Part shown: positions 35,319 to 40,815 of the stretch, one piece after another
Layout of the letters: every line of letters begins with the position of its first letter
Position numbering within the stretch: the first letter of the stretch is position 1
DNA from: Isosphaeraceae bacterium
Lineage (GTDB): Bacteria > Planctomycetota > Planctomycetia > Isosphaerales > Isosphaeraceae
Length of the DNA stretch: 40,815 nt
Reading direction: 5' to 3'
Assembly: GCA_049579985.1 (NCBI GenBank)
Contig: JBAUOX010000056.1
Span: forward strand, 1-40,815
Notes under the pieces: model-generated
Seen by the model: only the letters and a program-made list of their open reading frames with translations
The model's database searches: none
Told to the model about the DNA's origin: nothing
Translations under genes and position numbers: made by a program

Positions 35319-37220
35319 TCACGCCAGCCAGGCGTCGTACCAGAGTTGGAACATCAGCAGGGTCCAAAGCGGCTTGCGGTGGTCTCGAACGCCTGATCGA
35401 TGTTCCTCGATCCGCCGAGCGACTTCCTCGGGGCGGAACAATCCCTGGCGGTCAAGCCTCCCGGGTTCGAGTAACCGCTCGAGCAGAGGAGCGAGCTCGC
35501 CGCGGAGCCAGCGAGCGACCGGGATGCCGAACCCTCTCTTGGGGCGGCTCAAAGTCGACGAGGGGAGCTTACCGCAGACCGCGCTTTTGAGCAATCGTTT
35601 GGTGACGTGCCGGCCGTACTTGAACCTGGCGGGCAGCTTCTGCACCGTGTCCACCAGTCCGGCGTCAAGGAACGGGGCCCGGACTTCCAGTCCGCAAGCC
35701 ATGCTCGCCCGGTCCACCTTGGTCAGGATGTCCTCGGGAAGGTAGGTTTCTTGATAGAGAGCCAGCGACCGGCTGAGCGGATCGATGCCGGCGCCGGGGC
35801 ACGCGGCCAGTGCCTCGGCCAATGCCAGGTGCTCGGCCTCGACGTCGAACAGCCGGCCCTTGCCGCCGCGCAGCAGCAATCGAGACAACTCGGGCCCGGA
35901 GAACGAGCCCAGCCAGCGCTGATGGGCCAGAGCCAGGGGCTCCGCGGCGCCTCGGAGGAATTGCTTGAGCTTGAAGTCGAAGCTGAAATTGCGATGATCC
36001 ACGGGCAGCCGCCCGACTGCGGCCTCGGCCAGGGCCCGTGCCGGCCGGGGCAAGCGGCGATAGAGCCAGGCGGCCCGCTCGGCCGCGAACGTCGGGTAGC
36101 CGGCCAGCAGCTCATCGGCGCCGTCGCCGCCCAGCGCCACCTTGACCTCGCTCCGCGCAAAGCGGCTCAGCAGGTGCGTGGGCAAGATCGACGCATCGCC
36201 GAACGGCTCATCGAGCCAGACGGCCACCTCGGGCAAGAGCTCGTAAACCTGGGCCACCGCGAAGGGCCGCTCGTGGTGGTCGGTGCCGAGATGAGTCGCC
36301 ACCAGTCGGGCCTGCCGGCTCTCATCAAAGTCGGGCTCCTTGAACCCGATCGAGAACGTGTGCACGTTCCGGGCCGGCTCGATCTCGCAGAGCGCCGCGG
36401 CAACGCTCGAGGAATCGACGCCTCCTGAGAGGAACACGCCCAGCGGCACGTCCGACCGGCGATGGCGGGCCACCGCATCGACAAAGCTGTTCCAGAACCG
36501 GCCGCCGGCCTGCTCGAAGGGCTCTTCCTCGCCGTCGGTCGCCAGGGCCGACGATTGCCAGTACCGGGCAACTCGGATCGATCCGGGCTCCCAGGTCAGT
36601 ACATGGCCGCGCGGCAGCTTCCACAGCCCGCGCCAGATCGAGTGGGGCGCGGGGATGTATTCGTAAAACAAGTAGCGGGCCAGGCTGTCCCGGTCGAGCT
36701 CGCGCCCGACCTCGGGATGGCAAAGCACCGCCTTGGGCTCGGAACCGAAAGCCAGGCCGCCGCCGGGCAGCTCGGCGTAGAAGAGGGGCTTCTGCCCCAT
36801 CCGGTCGCGTGCCAGCACAAGCCGCCCGCGCGGCTGGTCCCAGATGGCCAGGGCAAACATCCCGTTGAGCCGACGGACGAAATCGACCCCGTCTTCCTCG
36901 TAAAGATGCACCAGGCTTTCCGTGTCGGAAACGGTCTGGTAGCGATGCCCATTGGCCTCGAGCCGCGGCCGGATCTCCAGCTCGTTGTACAGCTCTCCGT
37001 TGTACGTGACCCAGATCGTGCCGTCCTCGTTGGCCATCGGCTGGGCGCCGCCGGTGACATCAATGATCGACAGCCGACGATGCCCCAGGGCCACCGGACC
37101 GGCGCAGTAGAATCCATCGCCGTCGGGCCCGCGATGCGCCAGCGCGGCCGTCATCCGCTCGACGATCGCGCGATCCGCCCCCTGCCCTGCTCGATTCACG
37201 AAACCGGCTATGCCACACAT
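35319..37220 (-). CDS. asnB: Asparagine synthase (glutamine-hydrolysing) family amidotransferase
   Basis: N-terminal MCGIAG, HRGPD, HRRLSIID, NGELYN, LSGGVDSS, GDGADE, KVDRASMA..LEVRAPFLD. Confidence 0.93.
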   Translation of the reverse strand: MCGIAGFVNRAGQGADRAIVERMTAALAHRGPDGDGFYCAGPVALGHRRLSIIDVTGGAQPMANEDGTIWVTYNGELYNELEIRPRLEANGHRYQTVSDTESLVHLYEEDGVDFVRRLNGMFALAIWDQPRGRLVLARDRMGQKPLFYAELPGGGLAFGSEPKAVLCHPEVGRELDRDSLARYLFYEYIPAPHSIWRGLWKLPRGHVLTWEPGSIRVARYWQSSALATDGEEEPFEQAGGRFWNSFVDAVARHRRSDVPLGVFLSGGVDSSSVAAALCEIEPARNVHTFSIGFKEPDFDESRQARLVATHLGTDHHERPFAVAQVYELLPEVAVWLDEPFGDASILPTHLLSRFARSEVKVALGGDGADELLAGYPTFAAERAAWLYRRLPRPARALAEAAVGRLPVDHRNFSFDFKLKQFLRGAAEPLALAHQRWLGSFSGPELSRLLLRGGKGRLFDVEAEHLALAEALAACPGAGIDPLSRSLALYQETYLPEDILTKVDRASMACGLEVRAPFLDAGLVDTVQKLPARFKYGRHVTKRLLKSAVCGKLPSSTLSRPKRGFGIPVARWLRGELAPLLERLLEPGRLDRQGLFRPEEVARRIEEHRSGVRDHRKPLWTLLMFQLWYDAWLA

Positions 37221-37330
37221 CGTCGGTTGAGACGCCTTTCCCGGAAAGCCCTTCCCACTACGCTGGCCTGGCCCATGCATTCTACGCACGACCGGGGCAG
37301 TCCGGTAGCTTCACGGCTCGATCGGAGCTG

Positions 37331-38332
37331 TCACGGCACGGCCTGACTGTCGCGCGGGCCGGCCTGGCTAAGATCACCCGCGTCCCGCGGCGATCCTGCC
37401 TCATGGCCAACCACGGCCGCGGCCGCCGGATCCTCGTTCTCGATCGGCCGCGAACGATCGACAGCGGCGAGCAGGGACATCAGGTTCTGCTCCAGGTTCT
37501 CGCAGGTCGCGTCCAGCGGCAGATGATTGAGGCGCAAGGTCGAAAACGGGTTCTGGAGCTCGACGCCGATCTCGTCCAGCGCCAGGATCGGAAAGGCGAC
37601 CATCATCGTGACCAGCGGCGTCAGCCAGTCCACCTTCAGGAGGATCCCGAAGGGCAAGGCCACGAGGAAGACGAAGATGAACTGGCGAATCTCGATCGAG
37701 TAAGCCTCGGGCAAGGGTGTCTTGAGGATGCGCTCGCAGCCGCCGATATGATCGATCAACTTCGCCCGTTCCTCCTCGGCCCGGACGAACGCGAAGCGGT
37801 CCATGCCCATCTCGGCTCCCTCGCGGAGCAACTGGCCGATCGCCAGGGCGACGGCAGTCGGCATGTGCTCGACCGACGCGATCCGCTGGGCCTTGACCGT
37901 GCCGACTAACGTGTCCAGCTCGGGCAGATGACGCTGACCACGCAAGCTGCGCCGCGAAACGTGGGCAAAGGCCGCGGTCCAGCCCACGATTCGCCGCCTC
38001 CAGTCCGGATCGTCGGGGCCATAGCTGAGGGCCTGGATCACCAGGTTGCGGCTCTGGTTGACGATGCCGCCCCAGAGCTTGCGCCCCTCCCACCACCGCT
38101 CATACCCGGCATTGGTCCGCAGCACCAGCAAGGCGCCCAAGGCGACGCCCAGCACCTCGTACGGGGCCATCGGAATGGCGACGTTGGGAAAGGCCGGATG
38201 CTTTTCGACGAGCGTGACCAGCAAGGCGATGAAGCCGAAGACCAGCGTGCGCCGCCAGACATAGGGGATCGCCGATCCTTCGATCTTGTCAATCTCGGTC
38301 CAGAACCGTTCGGGCCTGAGAAGCAGCTTCAT
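37331..38332 (-). CDS. Bacterial bestrophin family channel (YneE-like)
   Basis: LLVLRTNAGYERWWEGRKLWG, GGCERILKTPLP.AY, IGVELQNPF, HLPLD. Confidence 0.92.
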   Translation of the reverse strand: MKLLLRPERFWTEIDKIEGSAIPYVWRRTLVFGFIALLVTLVEKHPAFPNVAIPMAPYEVLGVALGALLVLRTNAGYERWWEGRKLWGGIVNQSRNLVIQALSYGPDDPDWRRRIVGWTAAFAHVSRRSLRGQRHLPELDTLVGTVKAQRIASVEHMPTAVALAIGQLLREGAEMGMDRFAFVRAEEERAKLIDHIGGCERILKTPLPEAYSIEIRQFIFVFLVALPFGILLKVDWLTPLVTMMVAFPILALDEIGVELQNPFSTLRLNHLPLDATCENLEQNLMSLLAAVDRSRPIENEDPAAAAVVGHEAGSPRDAGDLSQAGPRDSQAVP

Positions 38333-38832
38333 GGGTCGCGTGCCCTGGAATTTCCCGGTGATCAGCTCTGACCCCGCTGGCCAGGGCGGGACGGCGAGCT
38401 CCACTATAGCGAGAACCCGAGGATTCGTCGGCTGGTCGGCGGCCCTTGATGCTGACTTCTCTCCGACGAAACGGCAAGGGCGCGGCTGGCCACTCCACCA
38501 GGTGCGGGGATTCCGGTTTTGCCCCGGATCGGGTTCGTTCCTGGTCAAGATGACTGGAGCCACCGGACATTACCCCTTTTGAAATCGGGAGTTAAACATC
38601 GAACTCCATTGGCTTCCGTTTGGCGCTTTCTTGATGTCTGCCCGTGGCTCTTGAGCCCTTTTGGCGGTTCCACGCGTAGCTGGAGCGGTGCCGGTCCGTC
38701 GGGGTAATCGACCTCTTGCCGTCGAAGGAGTCCGGGGCACGCTCATGCCACCGCGTCCAGCCGCGCCGAACGCTCATCCGACTCGCTCGAGTCGGGATAT
38801 CCGGGCCCGGGAAGAAGCAAGGAAGATGTGTT

Positions 38833-38867
38833 TGCTGTCCCCGGAACTTAATGCTGTCCCCGGAACT
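38833..38867. repeat. Direct repeat TGCTGTCCCCGGAACT x2 (REP-like); 12-bp core recurs at 9972-9983
   Basis: Copies at 38833-38848 and 38852-38867. Confidence 0.8.
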
Positions 38868-39279
38868 CGAGCCCCGAGGCCACCGTGCGAACCGGCAGTG
38901 CATCTTTCGGGCAGGAAATCCGATGAGCCGCCACCTCATGGTTCACTTGAAGGGCAAAGGGAACCGCCACTCTCGGCCGGACAAAGTGGCGGTTCTGCAT
39001 GCCTGGTGAAGTAAGGGTCGGTCACTCGGTTCTTGTCTTTCGACGGGAGCAAACGGTCGGCCACATTGCAGCATCGGCCGTGAGTTCACGGCCAACTCGC
39101 CGGAGTTATTGCGTTCCGGCCGGTTGGGTGTGCTTACTCCGGGCTTGGCCAGCGGGGATGCCCGGTGTGCCACGACGATCTCTCGGCACCGCCACCAATC
39201 TGCACGATGCGTTGGCGATTCACAGGGACCAACACAAAACGATCCAGTGGCGGGCAGCAGCTAGGCCCGGCCAACTTCG

Positions 39280-39615
39280 TCACGACAGATCCTCGTAATC
39301 GTTATGGACGCAAGTTCGGGTTTTTCCCGTAGGGGGCCTGGCTGGTTCATCCTGTGGCTTGGCCTGTTCGTCCTGTGGCCTGGCCAGTTCATCCTGTGGC
39401 CTGGCCTGTTCATCCTGTGGCCTGGCCTGTTCATCCTGGAGGGGCCGGCAGTGCAGGACCACCGAGGGTCCGTCCTGGTGGACTTCCCTCACCTCGAACT
39501 GTTCTATGGTGTGGGGCGTGGTGGATACCGCCACCATCAACCGCCCGTCATCGCCGGAGTGATAGGTGTGAACGTCCTGCAACTGTTGCATAAGATCCGT
39601 CAACATGGGGGACAT
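39280..39615 (-). CDS. Small orphan protein (111 aa) with five 7-aa repeats (PQDEQAR)
   Basis: GAGGAG RBS before ATG 39615 and a near-consensus promoter upstream; in-frame 21-bp repeats. Confidence 0.6.
   Translation of the reverse strand: MSPMLTDLMQQLQDVHTYHSGDDGRLMVAVSTTPHTIEQFEVREVHQDGPSVVLHCRPLQDEQARPQDEQARPQDELARPQDEQAKPQDEPARPPTGKTRTCVHNDYEDLS
39335..39439. repeat. 21-bp tandem repeat GGCCTGGCCTGTTCATCCTGT x5
   Basis: Read directly; 0-2 mismatches per unit. Confidence 0.92.
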
Positions 39616-39688
39616 CCTGATACTCCTCTTGTGTCGTCTCTCTGGGCGTTTCTGGACAGAGTCGATCAGTCCAGACAGGAGTAACCTT

Positions 39689-39716
39689 AGTATACCTGGG
39701 GAACAAATCAAGTCAA
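39689..39716 (-). promoter_or_regulatory. Putative sigma70 promoter TTGACT-N16-TATACT for the orphan ORF
   Basis: Both hexamers match consensus at 5 of 6 positions. Confidence 0.65.
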
Positions 39717-39761
39717 TTTCGATAAAGAATGCGGGCAATTTCGATAAAGAAGGCGGGCAAT
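39714..39761. repeat. 22-bp direct repeat CAATTTCGATAAAGAAKGCGGG x2 plus CAAT
   Basis: Copies at 39714-39735 and 39736-39757, one mismatch. Confidence 0.88.
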
Positions 39762-40424
39762 CGTCCCCCAAATGTCAGCGATGGTGAGGGCGTTGATAGC
39801 CTCCTGGTCCAGGTCAACCGCCGGCTGCGGCAGGACCAACACATCGAAATCCCTGTGTTTTCGACATTCTTCTAGACAGAATGTATTCATGATATAATCC
39901 AATAATTGTCATTGTTCGGCTTGGTCGCTGAGAGTCCAAAACAACGCCCAGATATTCGGAGTCTAAAAGGGTCTTGTTGGGGATGAGACCTCACCCATCT
40001 TGCCCACGCCCCCAAACGCGGCAGAGCCGCAACCAAAACGGGCTTCAGCGCGCACCACGGACGCTCCGAGAGCTGTTCACCCGGCGTTAAGGGCTCGATT
40101 GAGCAGGCCGCTCGCTTACGTCAGCGGTTGTTACGGGTGCAGGACTTCGGCCTGACCAGAGCGGAAAACCATTCGGAAATCGGGACTTATCTCGGCGTTT
40201 GTCCCGAAGACATGCGATTTTACGTGAAACAAGAGCCGACATCAATAAGTCCCCTCGATGCCTCCGCGGCGCCAAACAGCGCTGGGGTGGCCGTCGAAGC
40301 GTCGCCGGCTCAATGAGACGGTAAAGCCAGTCATGCCCATGCCGAGGCATTGGACGCTAGAATCAGGTAGATCACGAGCGGGATTTTTCGATCCGCTCAG
40401 AGACGTCGATTCCGGAGTCGTCGC

Positions 40425-40709
40425 ATGCTGACCTATAAGGCCATGTACAAGTTCGTGGAAGACGTCGTCCATGCCGAGATCCTCGATTTCCCTGGCGTCA
40501 TCACGTTCGGCACAAGTCAAGAAGAGGCGCGTCGTTTACTGGCAAGTGCCCTTGTCGACATGGCGGAGACGAACCTGCTGCTGGGCGAGCCCTTACCCCG
40601 TCCTGATCCCGGCCTGACGGATCCGGACGCCGACCTGGAAGAGCCGATTCATTTGCTGTTGACTGCAACGTCCCGGGTGGAGATCGTTCCCCAGAGTGCG
40701 GCCTCATGA
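40425..40709 (+). CDS. hicB: HicB-family antitoxin
   Basis: AEILDFPGVITFGTSQEEARRLL..AL......GEPLP; GGAG RBS; ATGA-coupled to hicA. Confidence 0.85.
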   Translation: MLTYKAMYKFVEDVVHAEILDFPGVITFGTSQEEARRLLASALVDMAETNLLLGEPLPRPDPGLTDPDADLEEPIHLLLTATSRVEIVPQSAAS

Positions 40710-40815
40710 AACGCCGGGATCTCCTCCAGCACTTGCTTCGGTATGGCTGCAAGTATGTCCGGGAGGGAGGCGAGCATTCGATCCGGGAGAACCCCGCGAA
40801 CAATCGACGGAGTTC
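40706..40815 (+). CDS. hicA: HicA-family toxin, partial (runs off the window end; not in the ORF track)
   Basis: MKRRDLLQHLLRYGCKYVREGGEHSI.ENP with the catalytic His in the GxH motif. Confidence 0.85.
   Translation, partial: MKRRDLLQHLLRYGCKYVREGGEHSIRENPANNRRS

Noticed and set aside
38461..38730. Hammerhead ribozyme (GACGAAAC...GTC), or tmRNA/group II intron (CTCCACCA, GTGCG)
   Set aside because: No CUGANGA core, no T-loop before the CCA, and no domain V; retained only as an unclassified structured element.
40087..40242. Minus-strand peptide NGFPLWSGRSPAPVTT resembling a VapB-type antitoxin tail
   Set aside because: The match is too short, the N-terminal DNA-binding part is absent and no vapC is adjacent; at most a remnant.

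Overview
This is a GC-rich bacterial window, most likely from a planctomycete (inferred from the Planctomycetes/Verrucomicrobia-type microcompartment locus, heptamer intergenic repeats, Uma2/DUF820 genes and Gly/Met-rich secreted protein). In order it holds: (1) the distal half of a PV-type bacterial microcompartment operon (aldehyde dehydrogenase, two EutN/BMC-P vertex proteins, an RpiB-like hypothetical, class II aldolase, lactate/malate dehydrogenase) with an extra, translationally coupled class-I-aldolase-like gene; (2) a CocE/NonD hydrolase; (3) tRNA-Leu(CAG) followed by an islet of small toxin-antitoxin-like and Uma2 genes and remnants; (4) a ~300-nt highly structured, boxA-led non-coding region ahead of hisS-hisZ-hisG; (5) a 10-gene minus-strand cluster that makes a higher-carbon (C7 or C8) nucleotide sugar with its own transaldolase, coupled to a mutase-like flavoprotein, a GT2, a GT-C-like membrane protein and a flippase-like protein; (6) a universal stress protein, a Gly/Met-rich secreted protein and gltA; (7) an asnB-metallophosphoesterase-MFS-acyltransferase run and a bestrophin gene; (8) a repeat-rich accessory end with a small orphan ORF and a hicB-hicA pair. 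The best candidates for new biology are the lincosamide-like C7/C8 sugar plus lipid-linked glycosylation cluster and three unannotated structured non-coding elements (11799-12094, 30636-30818, 38461-38767). All protein calls come from reading motifs by eye; no database search was run.
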